A DNA stretch of 63,517 nt, filler included, from Octopus bimaculoides (taxonomy: Eukaryota), in NCBI RefSeq assembly GCF_001194135.2. It is 9 parts of 7 records of this genome, joined end to end, with 100 filler letters (N's around TTAATTAATTAA, not from the genome) between each part and the next. Parts side by side here need not be neighbours in the genome. Positions count along the whole stretch, not along the records: positions 1 to 3,968 come from NC_068982.1; positions 4,069 to 14,448 come from NC_069000.1; 7 more parts are not named here. One strand, written 5' to 3'. Of the stretch, positions 1 to 12,090 are shown piece after piece (within the stretch, counting starts at the first letter, position 1; every line of letters starts with the position of its first letter). A program made the translations under genes and the position numbers. The notes under the pieces are model-generated. The model made no database searches. It was not told where the DNA came from and saw only the letters and a program-made list of their open reading frames with translations.

Positions 1-33
<33 letters not shown>

Positions 34-791
34 TGTATATATATATATATTATATACTATATACGTCTACGTTTTAGCATGTGGGTAAAAAGTGTAGATG
101 TCCGTAAGGCAAGACGAATATAGATATGTAGAACGTGTATGTTGGAGAAAGGCTGAAAATCAAAACGTCAGGGAGACAAGACACAGCGGGAGTAAAAGAC
201 CAAATGAGAGATGGAGGAAAGAAGAGAAAGAGAGAGGGAAGGGAGAAAGAGTAAGAGCAAGAAAGAGGTGGAGCAGATGTAGATATACTGAAACTAAATC
301 TATATTTATACATGTCTAACTCATTCTAATATTATGTGATGTTCACACAAAGACACACAGATATAGACGCACGCGCATACTGACGAATGGCGGTAATAGC
401 AAAGAAAATACAATTAACTGGATTGATATTTGAAAATAGCTAGACTTATGTCCTGCTTTAGTGAGTTCAATTCTGCTTAGGGTTGGCTATGTTTCTTTTT
501 TTTCTTTTTTGTTTTGTGTTTAAATGGGCTGATAAAATAAACACCAGTCGTATTAAGGTAACATATTTAGGTGAAGTCATCTGACTAAATTCCACTATCA
601 GAATAAAAACTGGCCTTAAATGGTTAATCAAAAGAATCTCTGTTTACGCTTTCATGCGCCAAACGTGCTGAAAAACAAGCACACACACACACACACGTAC
701 TGACATGCGTACATGCAGTATTGAATATACATACATACATACATACATACATACATACATACATACATACATACATACATGTGTATGTGTG

Positions 792-824
<33 letters not shown>

Positions 825-852
825 TTATCTCTCTCTCTCTCTCTCTCTCTCT

Positions 853-888
<36 letters not shown>

Positions 889-1206
889 GGATGTGTCTAT
901 TTTTCCTTTGTTTACAACTAACACGGAAAAAATAAATAAACAGTTACCAGGGCAGCAAAAAAAAATCACACAAGTAATAAGGATGTAACACCCTGTTTAT
1001 AAAGGGAGAAATTCCGGGTTGATGTGAAATGTTGGTATTTGTAGACGTCATTCACCCAAGCACCGTTCCCTCGTGAAAGAGAAAGAGGCTAGGCTGAAAG
1101 AGAAGAATGACGTCGTCTACTAATACCGATGGATTGTATATACATATAAAATCGAACGCACATAGTCAGGGTATGTGTGCTGTTAGTTTGTGGGTCGGCT
1201 GCGGTT

Positions 1207-1246
<40 letters not shown>

Positions 1247-1536
1247 NNNNNNNNNNNNNNNNNNNNNNNNNNNNNNNNNNNNNNNNNNNNNNNNNNNNNN
1301 NNNNNNNNNNNNNNNNNNNNNNNNNNNNNNNNNNNNNNNNNNNNNNNNNNNNNNNNNNNNNNNNNNNNNNNNNNNNNNNNNNNNNNNNNNNNNNNNNNNN
1401 NNNNNNNNNNNNNNNNNNNNNNNNNNNNNNNNNNNNNNNNNNNNNNNNNNNNNNNNNNNNNNNNNNNNNNNNNNNNNNNNNNNNNNNNNNNNNNNNNNNN
1501 NNNNNNNNNNNNNNNNNNNNNNNNNNNNNNNNNNNN

Positions 1537-3968
1537 AAAGTGCTCTATCTCTCTCTTTTTTCGATTTACAGGATCATGCTCAAAGTGGTTTCGTCACTCC
1601 CACGCACCATTTTGCTACATTCACCCACCTTTTATTGAAACTTTCACGAGACAAAACTTGTCTCTCCATTCTCACCTTCCTTTTCAGTGGTACTTGAAAA
1701 AGTTGATGAGCGATTGGCCAGAGAGGTAAGTGTTTGTCGCTAAACCTTTCGCTCGAGTCCACCACACACATTCTTTCACCTTCGCCACCAGTAGGATGAA
1801 GACTGCCTTGCCTTCCCGGTTAAGGGAAGGTGGCGGAGCAATTTTCACGATAGACTCGGCTGACAGGCTGACTCGTCCCACACGTGACAACAGCCGTTCG
1901 GTATAAGCCCACAGGTCCGAAATGGTTGGACATTGCACGAGTGCGTGCAGAACGGTTTCGTCGCATCTCGGGCAAGTCGGTTCGGTGTGTCTCGAACTGT
2001 GCCTGTAGAGCTTATCCCGAACGGGTAATGCTTCTCGATAGCACTGCCAGGCCAGGGATCTTTGGTGATTGTCCATAGGTCCAGGTCCGAAAGTTGTCCT
2101 GAACAGGCGGGTCAGGTGTTCCTCGTCGACGCCCAAATTCTGCCCAAGAATGTCGTCGCACCTCCCCTCCACTAATCCTCTATAGAACGCCTTTGTCGTA
2201 ATGAAGTCGCATAAGTTTGGTCCCGGTCGGCAGAGTTGCTTAAGAGCAACGTGACACTCGCTGTGCCATTCGCCTAGCCTCAGTCTCTGTTTGATCCACG
2301 ACTGCAGTTCGGACACGGAGACGAGCTGCGGGAAAGCGCGCCGCACAAACAGCGACCACACCTGTTCACCGTCGTCTATGAAACACCGGAGATATCACAG
2401 TCTCAGCGCATGTCTCCGTATCATCAACCACAACATGCCTTGCCCTCCATTTAGCAGCTGTTGACAGCAAATGGAACGCCTAACTATCGGAACGCTTCCC
2501 TTCCACAAAAAGCGGAAGAGTATGCGTTCCAGTTTGGTGATGGTAGGTCGGGACTAGGCGCGACGGTCAGACGGTNNNNNNNNNNNNNNNNNNNNNNNNN
2601 NNNNNNNNNNNNNNNNNNNNNNNNNNNNNNNNNNNNNNNNNNNNNNNNNNNNNNNNNNNNNNNNNNNNNNNNNNNNNNNNNNNNNNNNNNNNNNNNNNNN
2701 NNNNNNNNNNNNNNNNNNNNNNNNNNNNNNNNNNNNNNNNNNNNNNNNNNNNNNNNNNNNNNNNNNNNNNNNNNNNNNNNNNNNNNNNNNNNNNNNNNNN
2801 NNNNNNNNNNNNNNNNNNNNNNNNNNNNNNNNNNNNNNNNNNNNNNNNNNNNNNNNNNNNNNNNNNNNNNNNNNNNNNNNNNNNNNNNNNNNNNNNNNNN
2901 NNNNNNNNNNNNNNNNNNNNNNNNNNNNNNNNNNNNNNNNNNNNNNNNNNNNNNNNNNNNNNNNNNNNNNNNNNNNNNNNNNNNNNNNNNNNNNNNNNNN
3001 NNNNNNNNNNNNTGTCTCGCCGACCAGGTCGATATGCCTGTGGCTCGACACTATGATGGTGACGTCGTCCGCGTATGCAGACACGCTCTTCCCACATCCC
3101 AGCTCTCGTGGGATGCCCCTCAGCGCCACCAGCTTCCGCAGTAGTGGCTCAAGAGTCGATACGTACAGAAGTGACGAGAGGGGGCATCCTTGACGAACCG
3201 AACGCGTGATGTTAAATGGTCTGGACAGATGAACATTTACGCGAAGTACCTAGCGGATGCCGCTGTATAAGGCAGTGATCCAACCGCGGAAGATGGGACC
3301 GAAACCAGCCACTGTAAGGATAGCCTCCAAGCAGTGATGGTCTACCCTATCGAAAGCTTTTGATTAATCCCAGTTGATCAGCGCCCCACCCATGCCAGGT
3401 TCCTTAACTACCCTGTCTATGATGTAGCGCATCAGATGGAGGTTGTCATGGATACTCCTACCCGGCACGGCGCACGTGTGTACCTTGTCGACCATTTTCT
3501 CGAAGACAAGCGCCAACCTCTCAGCTAACACCTTGGCAAAATCTTCAAGTCTGCGTTGAGCAGACTGATGGGCCTGGAGTTATCTATGACGTTCTCCTTG
3601 TTTGGATCTTTCTTTAGCAGTGCCACAGCTCCTCGCTTTACAGAGATGGGGATACTCCCGTTTTTCTGCCAGTTGCAGTAGACAGCTGCCAAGGCGCCTC
3701 CAAACAAGTCTGGCATATGACAATAAAGTTCGTAGGGCAGACCATCCAAGCCTGGCGACTTGTCTCCCGCGCAGCCTGCCATTGCATCCCGTACGTCCGC
3801 GGCTGTGATGGGTCTTTTGCAACACTCCGCCTCTCTTGCTGAGAGTCGTGACAGGCTATGCAGGTAGGCGCTAAAGTTCACTCTGCGTTCTGACCCACCA
3901 GTTGCCCCGAACAGTTGGGCAAAGTGTTGTTGAAAGGCCTCACACATCCTTTCAGGATCGAGTAATTC
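1537..3968 (-). mobile_element. L1/Tx1-like non-LTR retrotransposon ORF2 remnant (RT plus C-terminal Cys/His finger), frameshifted and gapped
   Basis: Minus-strand translations give KSPGLDGLPYELY (RT domain 0/1), RPISLLNADLKIL, SAYADDVTIIVS (catalytic YADD) and CPRCDETVLHALVQC. The frame is broken by stops and frameshifts. Confidence 0.9.
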
Positions 3969-4659
3969 NNNNNNNNNNNNNNNNNNNNNNNNNNNNNNNN
4001 NNNNNNNNNNNNTTAATTAATTAANNNNNNNNNNNNNNNNNNNNNNNNNNNNNNNNNNNNNNNNNNNNTTCTGCAATGTGGTGCATAAATTGTCAAGTAA
4101 ATGAGACACATCTTTGCCTCCACTGATTCACTTGCAAAGTGTTGAGTAAAATTATTTCGTTGCAGACCTCCTTTGGGTCTTTTTATTATCACTACGACAC
4201 ACATAGTCCCCAGTTGGTAACATTGATTTCAAGGGCCTCCTAGATGAGAGACTGGCATTCCACTTAATGTCTATGTTCCATGCTGGCATGGATTGGAGAG
4301 TTATTAATGTAGAAATATGGTATCGTAGCTACTAACAGTTGAGGGTTACGTAGTCTAGACTGCGTTTTTAGATTTCATTATTCCCTTTAACCCGGGCAAA
4401 GCCGGGTATTTCTGCTAGTATATAATATAAATATAGCTATATGTATATTATATTTATGAATACATATAGGCGCTTGCCCAAGGTGCCACGCAGCTTGGGC
4501 AAGTGTCTTTTACTGTAGTCGGTCAGAAGCAAACGTCCATTTGCTGTTCTCGCTGGAGCTATTGGAGAAGATTTTTGGCCATATACCTCCTTAACATAAG
4601 AGTACAAACCCTTGGCGTCATTTCTATCAGCTGCATTTTGTGCTCCTTTTGCTCTATAA

Positions 4660-5620
4660 TTCCACTATTCCTGTTTAATTTGCCTTAGAGCGGTCTGCAC
4701 TTTCCCTTCGAGCTTTCTGTAAGCTTCATTTGAGTTGGGGTTCAAGGACTGAGAAAGAAGTCGATTGTCTAAGTTTTGTTTTTCTAAAAGTAGTTCATGA
4801 ACTTCTACTGATCTATCAGAGAACTGGTCTTACGTGATTTATATCCCACTGACAAACTTGCAGCCTGAAATAACTTTGTTTTGAAATCTTCCCATAGATT
4901 GTTTGAGTCAAGAATGATACTTTCTTATAGCATCGTGGAATCTTTGCAAGTTGCTTGGTAATTTGAAGTTAACTTTTTAGGTACCTTAGGACCAGCCTAT
5001 CGATTTTTAGGCAATGTCGAAAAATTTATTTTTCCACGCACTAGATGATAGTCAGTCCAGCTCTGCTCCTCTCATGGCCCGAACACTGGAAACATCTTTC
5101 ATATCACGTTTTCAGACCGAAATATAATCAATGAGATGGCAGTGGTTAGAGTTTGGGTGCATCCAAGTGGTTTTATATTTATTTTTCTGCTTAAACAGAG
5201 TATTGGAAACAACCAAATTAAAACGTCAAAAGAGCTACTCCATTTTTATTACATTTTCCAATCCCATGTCGACCTAAAACAGGCCATGAAACATAGTCAT
5301 TTCCAACTCTTGCGTTGAAATCTCCCAATATGACCAGCTTGTCAGAAATTGGTACTTTCCTCAATAATTGTGCTAGATCGTCGTAACACTGTCCTAAAGT
5401 TTCATCAGAATGAGACATTGTTGGCGCATAAATATTGACAACGGTAAGAAATCTACCCTTAATCAGTTTTATACGGCATGACATGGCTCGTTCAAATATA
5501 CCATTTGGAAATTCTGCAATGGGGGATACTAATGAATTCTTGAGAGAAAACCCGACACCAGATTCTCTATGCTGATTCTCAGGTAGGCCTCTCCAAAAGA
5601 TAGTATATCCATAAGTAGGT
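4660..5620 (-). mobile_element. RTE-like LINE fragment, apurinic endonuclease region, decayed
   Basis: ORF 5218..5484 contains VNIYAPT, VILGDFNARVG and GRHGIGKCNKNG, typical non-LTR AP-endonuclease motifs. Confidence 0.85.
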
Positions 5621-6259
5621 TAATTTATTTGACCCTCACCAGAGAGACGAGTTTCAGAGAGCGCAACTATATCAAGAGAATATTTTTTAAGCTCACATGC
5701 AATAAGTGCAGTACGTCTTTCTGGCCTCTTGTTGAAATGATCATCCAGAAGTGTGCGCACATTCCATCAGCCAAAATTCAAAGGATGTTTATTTTTACTT
5801 TTTTTTTTTAGATAGTTTGACCACAATGGCAGGATGGCGACCAGACCCAGCTTATAATACACTGGGACACCTGCCGAGACAGATCTGTTCCCCAGACCTG
5901 TTCCATCATTCCATGCTTTTCGTATGCAAGCCGGTGGGCTCGCTCTGAGCACTCTAATTTCTTACAGCTAAAGTTTTGGTTATTGTGAACCTTCTGGTAG
6001 TAGGGCTGAACATGTTGGTGTCAGATGTATGCTAAGAGACCATGTTAAAAAGGTTGAGTAAGATGAGATAGAATTAATGGAGTTAGTGTCTCCTGGTAGG
6101 GTTGACTTTTGGTCATTCAATCAAAGTAAAGGATCAGTAGAGGACTAAGGTGGTGATCAAGATGAAATGCAATATTATTTTTACCGATGGGTATTATATG
6201 AGTCCAATGCATATCATTGGAGAAAAATATATATTTTGTATATATATGTATATACGACG

Positions 6260-6420
6260 AGGGTTCCAGTTGATCCGTTCGACGGAACAGCTTGCTCGCG
6301 AAATTAACGTGCAAGTGGCTGAGCACTCCACAGACACACGTCCCCGAACATAGTTCTCAGAGAGATTCAGCATGACACAGAATGTGACAAGGCCGGCCAT
6401 TTGAAATACAAGTACCGTGG
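6260..6420 (-). mobile_element. 3' fragment of tRNA-derived SINE family E
   Basis: Reverse complement of the 3' part of the copy at 13246-13560 (gtggagtgctcagccacttgcacgttaatttcac...gaaccctcg). Other copies lie at ~41460-41600 (-) and ~57680-57975 (+). Confidence 0.75.
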
Positions 6421-6804
6421 AGACAGGAGGGCAACGAAAAATTAAAACTTCAGTTTGAAAAATCCTGACAAGCCCGCTTGAGGAAACAAGTGACACCAGA
6501 GCAAAAAAGGCGGAAACTGGATTCTCGAGCCGATCGATTAGTCGGCTGGAGAAAACACAAGACACCAGAGTCGAAACAACGGAGTTTAGAGTCTCAGGCC
6601 TACACAAAAGCCTGCGACATTGCCCTCTGCGAAAATCAGGATACATCAGAGCAAGTCAAGTTGCAATTTAGAAATTTTTCTCGTGAAGAGTGGTGACCAG
6701 TAGTGCCTAACTAGGAGCTGACCCATGGGCATCACGATAATACCTTCTGGATACACTAGAGTACAGTACAGAGCGAGGTGACAGCCGGGTGATCGTTAAT
6801 CTTA

Positions 6805-6835
6805 CATAAAATTAAACGCAATGTGTGTCTCAGTC
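6805..6835 (+). promoter_or_regulatory. Putative core promoter of the Ig-domain gene (TATA-like box plus Inr)
   Basis: CATAAAA at 6805-6811 and TCAGTC (Inr consensus TCAGTY) at 6830-6835, spaced about 27 nt apart and about 150 nt upstream of a strong donor at 6982. Confidence 0.45.
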
Positions 6836-6981
6836 GGTCACGCTAGAGAGAGAAGAGTGAAACAACAAATGGAGTAGGAGTGAGTGGCAGTCACAAATGC
6901 TAAAACAGTCGACCAGCATTCAAAGGTCTTGCTCTGAAGGCAGCTGATATTTGAATCAAAATTAAACTGTAAAGTTTTATG
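6832..6981 (+). other. Putative exon 1 of the Ig-domain gene (5' UTR, ends in ATG)
   Basis: Ends TTTATG|gtaagt at 6981/6982, a consensus donor. The start is inferred from the Inr. Confidence 0.5.
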
Positions 6982-7062
6982 GTAAGTTTTATTTCATTTA
7001 CTAGTTGTATATATCTAATTCTTCAAGTGCTTCGTTTTTGTATATGCGCATATATTTACCAG

Positions 7063-7150
7063 ACTGATTTCTTTCATCAACGTTTTCTCACGCTGTGTTG
7101 ATGCACCTTTTGCTATCATTAATAAAACTGTCGAATTTTTTATGACATAG
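7063..7150 (+). other. Putative exon 2 of the Ig-domain gene (leader/UTR exon)
   Basis: tttaccag| acceptor and ATAG|gtaagc donor. ATG at 7101 reads MHLLLSLIKLSNFL* and is out of frame with exon 3 by one base. Confidence 0.5.
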
Positions 7151-7501
7151 GTAAGCTTGTATAATAATAAATATTAAAAACTAAATACTAAAATTTATTT
7201 GTGGATAAATGTAATTCATACTCAAATGAACACTCGTCACTTTTTGGTTCTGTGTTTTCTACTCATCTTCTTTTTCTTCTTCTTCTTCTTCTTCTCATTG
7301 TTTTTCTATTTTGTTTTACTCTACATTCTCTTTCTCCTCTCGCCTTTGCACTTCTTTTTTCCTGCTTTTCTTATTTTTTCCTCCTTCTTCCCCTCTTTCT
7401 CCTCCTCCTCCTCCTTCTAACTTGATTTATAACTACACTTATATGTTTTTATAAAATCTATCTCGGATTTATGTTTTGTTTTTGTTTTTTTCTTTATACA
7501 G

Positions 7502-7825
7502 TGATTAAAATTGTAAATATGAAACCTTCTGAAACCATTGAGTTTGGACCTAACACTGGAATAACTATAACATGTCAGTATAATTTAGGAAAGTCTTTTC
7601 AGTTTGTTCTCGTGCAAAACTACAATGATATTGTTTTCCAAACTGATTTTGACCAGGCGGAAGGAAGGTTTAAAATAACAGTCAGGCGAAAGGGTTTCCA
7701 CTGTACTCCATTTAATGGTTCTAAAGGTCAGATTACCTGCTGGAAATTTAATCCCACTTGTGATGATGCGACACACTATACATGTAAATCAGATAAAGAA
7801 AGATCAACATCTAAGACTTTAAAAG
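7502..7825 (+). CDS. Ig-like domain exon (V/I-type-like), phase 1-1, of an uncharacterised two-Ig-domain protein
   Basis: Long polypyrimidine tract with acag| and AAAAG|gtcagt. 324 nt open: VIKIVNMKPSETIEFGPNTGITITCQYNLGKSFQFVLVQ...ITCWKFNPTCDDATHYTCKSDKERSTSKTLK, with a B-strand Cys and an F-strand DxxxYxC motif. Confidence 0.8.
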
Positions 7826-8049
7826 GTCAGTTTTACTAGTATTTTTTTACTTCTTTTTTTTTCCACTTATTCATCTCCATTATCATTTCATTTCTATGGA
7901 GTGTTTTTATTGCACTATCGAACACAGGCTTATAGCTTTTCATATGCACAATATTTATTTTTGCTTTTGTATTTTCTATTGTAATGAACCCTAAGTTTAC
8001 GTACTGTGTATAGTATCCGGTTGTGTGATTTTCTGTAGACTGAGATAGT

Positions 8050-9250
8050 TGATGTATGGTCCTAAACGAACTACTGGTAGTTATCAGAAGCCATATCCAA
8101 CTCGAATTTCAATAAGGCAAAATGGCAATCAATCAGCAAAGAGATCCACAAACGAAACTAGTCCAACATTCTATGTTCGCAAGACATTGACTTGAAACTC
8201 TGTCAGTTTATGTTATCAGCGCAAGCTATATGCACTAGATATGCCTAAGAAAGGCCAGCTTACCGACAAGCAAGATTCCCATGGTACAAGTGACACTCAC
8301 ACCAACCAGGAGAAACATCTTAGACCTCTGTTTCATCAAAAGTATGGACCTTACCCATAGTGTAAAAGTGACACCAATAACACTCTCAGACCCTAACATT
8401 GTTGAACTAACTATGTATAGTCCTGTGTGACCTGCTGTTATCTACCCTATCAGGAAGTTTCAAGCCTTATCCAACCTGAATTTCAATAAAGCAAAATGGA
8501 AATCAGTCTGCAAGAAACGGGTCCGACATTCTATGTATACGAGATATTGATTTGAAACTTTATGTTAACAGATATTGACTTGAAAATAGCTATATTTACT
8601 AAATATATTACAGAAAGAAAATCAAACACACCGACAAAAGAGACTCTCAGAGAAGAAAAAATCCTTATAATACGCAAATTAAAGGTTTCAAACCAGTTGA
8701 ATAGGCAACTAAAGGATTGGGAGAAATCTGTTTTAAAACAGACACTCCTACAAATCGAAAGCAAGAGCAAACTTTGATGAAAAGGAAAGAGCAAAGAGAG
8801 CGAGAGAGAGAGAGAGAGCTGTATAAAACATAAAATTAAACCCTAAGTAGGACTATTGTTCCAAGAGAATGGCTTACTGATCGTGTACCCACAAAGAGTA
8901 AATGAGGTACTCGGTGAACAATTTAAAAGTGCAGATAAAATTCGTGCAGATAAAAAACCCCCAGCTGAATTCTTTAATATTGCAGCCCTACAAAAGAAGG
9001 CACCGGCTATTGATTACATCAATATTGAGGAGACAGATATAATAGTGATCATTGATACAATGAGCTCAAGCAGAGCAACTTGTCTTGATGGCTTCTTAGC
9101 TATTCTCCTCAAGTCATGTAAGCAACCCTAAGTGAAACCACGTCAAATGCTTTTCCAGAGTTTCCTTGCAAGCGGTAAACTTCCTAGAAAGATAAAAGAA
9201 AGCATTATATGCCCTACCCACAAAGGTGGGGGCAGAGCAGAGGATTGCTG
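8050..9250 (+). mobile_element. Decayed LINE (CR1/L2-like) fragment with an internal ~150-bp duplication
   Basis: Translates to NLNFNKAKWK and SSSRATCLDGFLAILLKSCK, followed by remnants resembling early RT. 8052-8205 and 8413-8570 are diverged direct copies. Confidence 0.6.
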
Positions 9251-9571
9251 GTAATCTGGGAGAGTGACTTCAGGACTTCCTTAAAGATAAAAGTCAAACG
9301 GTTGCAGCTTATGGTGTCTCATTAATTTGTTGTCTAATTGTTGCTTTTGACTTGGCTCCACATAGCCTTCGCACTGCCTTTACTAAAAAGTTCGACAGTC
9401 GAAAACTTCGAAGCACCAGTTCACCAAGTCCAGCATTAAGAATAGTTGGAGCGTTGTTAAACGTTTTAATTTAGTATGAAGATTATAGTTTATATTAATG
9501 AAACCATCTAATCTATTATTGTAAAGTTCGTCGTACTAAGATTTACATGTTTTGATTCGTTTTCTTTTCAG

Positions 9572-9874
9572 TGGGATCTCAAATGAATACACTGAAAATT
9601 CTTAACCCACCAATTGAAGTGGACAAGCCTTTGATCTTCATATGTTCAGCAAATATCGGTGTACCAAAAACTTCAACTTACTTTGTATGGTTTGAAAGAA
9701 CACGCGTTCGAGTGAATGCATTTCCAGATTCCGTAAACGCTGTTCATCGTGGAAAGTGTTTCAATCTAGCTGTGTCAACTTTTAATTATACTTTAGCTTT
9801 CTCCGACGCTGGCTCAGCAAATATCACATGTTTTCTGAACGGCAGAACACTCACTGAACGACTCACCCCAACAG
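9572..9874 (+). CDS. Second Ig-like domain exon (C2-like), phase 1-1
   Basis: ttttcttttcag| and ACAG|gtaagc. 303 nt open: GSQMNTLKILNPPIEVDKPLIFICSANIGVPKTSTYFVWFERT...GKCFNLAVSTFNYTLAFSDAGSANITCFLNGRTLTERLTPT. It has a B-strand Cys, C-strand Trp and F-strand Cys, and is in frame with exon 7502-7825. Confidence 0.85.
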
Positions 9875-9882
9875 GTAAGCAA

Positions 9883-9931
<49 letters not shown>

Positions 9932-10717
9932 NNNNNNNNNNNNNNNNNNNNNNNNNNNNNNNNNNNNNNNNNNNNNNNNNNNNNNNNNNNNNNNNNNNNN
10001 NNNNNNNNNNNNNNNNNNNNNNNNNNNNNNNNNNNNNNNNNNNNNNNNNNNNNNNNNNNNNNNNNNNNNNNNNNNNNNNNNNNNNNNNNNNNNNNNNNNN
10101 NNNNNNNNNNNNNNNNNNNNNNNNNNNNNNNNNNNNNNNNNNNNNNNNNNNNNNNNNNNNNNNNNNNNNNNNNNNNNNNNNNNNNNNNNNNNNNNNNNNN
10201 NNNNNNNNNNNNNNNNNNNNNNNNNNNNNNNNNNNNNNNNNNNNNNNNNNNNNNNNNNNNNNNNNNNNNNNNNNNNNNNNNNNNNNNNNNNNNNNNNNNN
10301 NNNNNNNNNNNNNNNNNNNNNNNNNNNNNNNNNNNNNNNNNNNNNNNNNNNNNNNNNNNNNNNNNNNNNNNNNNNNNNNNNNNNNNNNNNNNNNNNNNNN
10401 NNNNNNNNNNNNNNNNNNNNNNNNNNNNNNNNNNNNNNNNNNNNNNNNNNNNNNNNNNNNNNNNNNNNNNNNNNNNNNNNNNNNNNNNNNNNNNNNNNNN
10501 NNNNNNNNNNNNNNNNNNNNNNNNNNNNNNNNNNNNNNNNNNNNNNNNNNNNNNNNNNNNNNNNNNNNNNNNNNNNNNNNNNNNNNNNNNNNNNTGGAGC
10601 TTTCACTGCTATTTATCACAGGTCGAAATGCCCTGAAGAGGTTCCTCATACCTAATGTTAATTACTGCTATATTTCAGTGCATCTGTATGTATCCATATT
10701 TTTAATACGTGTTTATG

Positions 10718-10813
10718 GTGGAGGCGCAATGGCCCAGTGGTTAGGGCAGCAGTCTCCCGGTCATAGGATCGCGGTTTCGGTTCCCAGACTGGGCGTTGTG
10801 AGTGTTTATTGAG
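10718..10813 (+). mobile_element. 5' tRNA-like head of SINE family E, 3'-truncated
   Basis: ggcgcaatggcccagtggttag (A-box-like) and ggtttcggttccc (B-box-like). Its end, gttgtgagtgtttattgag, matches the start of the copy at 13246. Confidence 0.7.
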
Positions 10814-11172
10814 TAATGTTAATTACTGCTATATCTCAGTGCATCTGTATGTATCCATATTTTTAATACGTGTTTATGAGTGTGTTCAGGCATGTGTCAC
10901 TGTGTGGGCGTGCACGCTTTGGTTTGGTCTTATATTCTTTTGTTAGTAAGCTTCAGGTTTTGTATATGTATGTGGGCATTCATACATTGTATTCTAATGT
11001 ACACAAACATGTTTTGCAAACTATATTTTCCGGTATGCTTGTTGACGTAGTGTATAATGTAATTAGCTCTGATTAACAAGTACCAAAAATTGTCTACCAC
11101 CACCCATCCCCATGCGTTATCCTTAATTATAATGCTTATATATATTGTTTTGTTTTTAATTTTTATTTCTAG

Positions 11173-11205
11173 AATGGGAGAGAATAATAATCGCAGATAA
11201 TGCAG
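11173..11205 (+). CDS. 33-nt phase 1-1 micro-exon (EWERIIIADNA) of the Ig-domain gene
   Basis: Long T-rich tract ending ttctag| and a strong GCAG|gtatgt donor. It is open and frame-preserving. Confidence 0.6.
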
Positions 11206-11430
11206 GTATGTTTTATACTTTAATAACTTTTGCTTCTTGCAACTATTGGACTGGGGGCATGCTGGACCATGGCCTTAAATGGTTTATGTTGCTCAAATTG
11301 TCACTGGAACTTATTCTATCGTTCTTTATTGCTGAACTGATACGTTACGTGTATGTAGGGGAACAAACACGAAGACATATTCACATACACATGTATACAC
11401 ACATGCACCCTCTCTCTCTTCTTCCTCCCC

Positions 11431-11492
<62 letters not shown>

Positions 11493-11885
11493 AAATATGG
11501 GGGTTTAGTTCACAGGTGATCTAAACGACTAGGTAAGCTGGGTAAGGGTTGTAACGGATTACCGGGGTTCCAAAGTTGTAGCCGAGATGGGAGTTATGGA
11601 ACCATTGTAGATTTCCGATATAGCGGGTATATAATTGTTAAAGATGACAACAAACGTTAAGGCAAGACAAACATCTTTTTTCATATACGTTATTATTATT
11701 GGAAAAATTCTAAGTCTTATAGCTGTTTCTAGGATACCCCAGAGAATGGGATATTCTGTCATCAGAGACAAATAGGAAAAATGAGAAGGGTATAGATTAA
11801 TGAAATGACGACATAGAGGAGAGGAGAAAATCAATAAGGAGATGAAGAAAAAGAAGAAAGAGAAGTAAAAAGAAGCATAAAATAT

Positions 11886-12090
11886 CACAGTTCAACTTTC
11901 CGATCGTGTAGATGTTAGTCCATAAGTCCTTAGGCGTAATCCTGTGTAAATCTATGTAGGTTAAAGTCTTAATAGTGTACATATCCAGAAATAGACGCGA
12001 ACGTATCGCCGTTCTGTAAGTAAAATAAAAAAAAATGTGATGCAAATCAATGTTGCCATGTGATATGAACGATCGGAAAGTTGAACTGTG
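11886..12090. mobile_element. Putative MITE or hairpin element with perfect 22-bp terminal inverted repeats
   Basis: CACAGTTCAACTTTCCGATCGT at 11886-11907 is the exact reverse complement of 12069-12090. No TSD was recognised. Confidence 0.5.

Noticed and set aside
721-921. Numerous ORF-track entries made of HT, YI, CV, LSIY or X runs
   Set aside because: They are translations of microsatellites and N gaps.
1041-1120. GTAGACGTCATT ... AATGACGTCGTCTAC short inverted pair with CRE-like half sites
   Set aside because: Only about 12 bp with an indel and no linked gene; could be chance.
4013-4024. TTAATTAATTAA embedded in N runs (also at ~14493, 25050, 39591, 46812, 56679, 60111, 62351)
   Set aside because: Identical all-frame-stop linker placed in the middle of gaps; a scaffolding artefact, not biology.
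7199-7425. Hydrophobic ORF MNTRHFLVLCFLLIFF as a signal-peptide exon
   Set aside because: It is a (CTT)n/(CCT)n low-complexity intron tract with no usable donor.
10718-10790. tRNA gene call for SINE heads
   Set aside because: They have A/B-box-like motifs but continue into SINE bodies and lack a complete cloverleaf.
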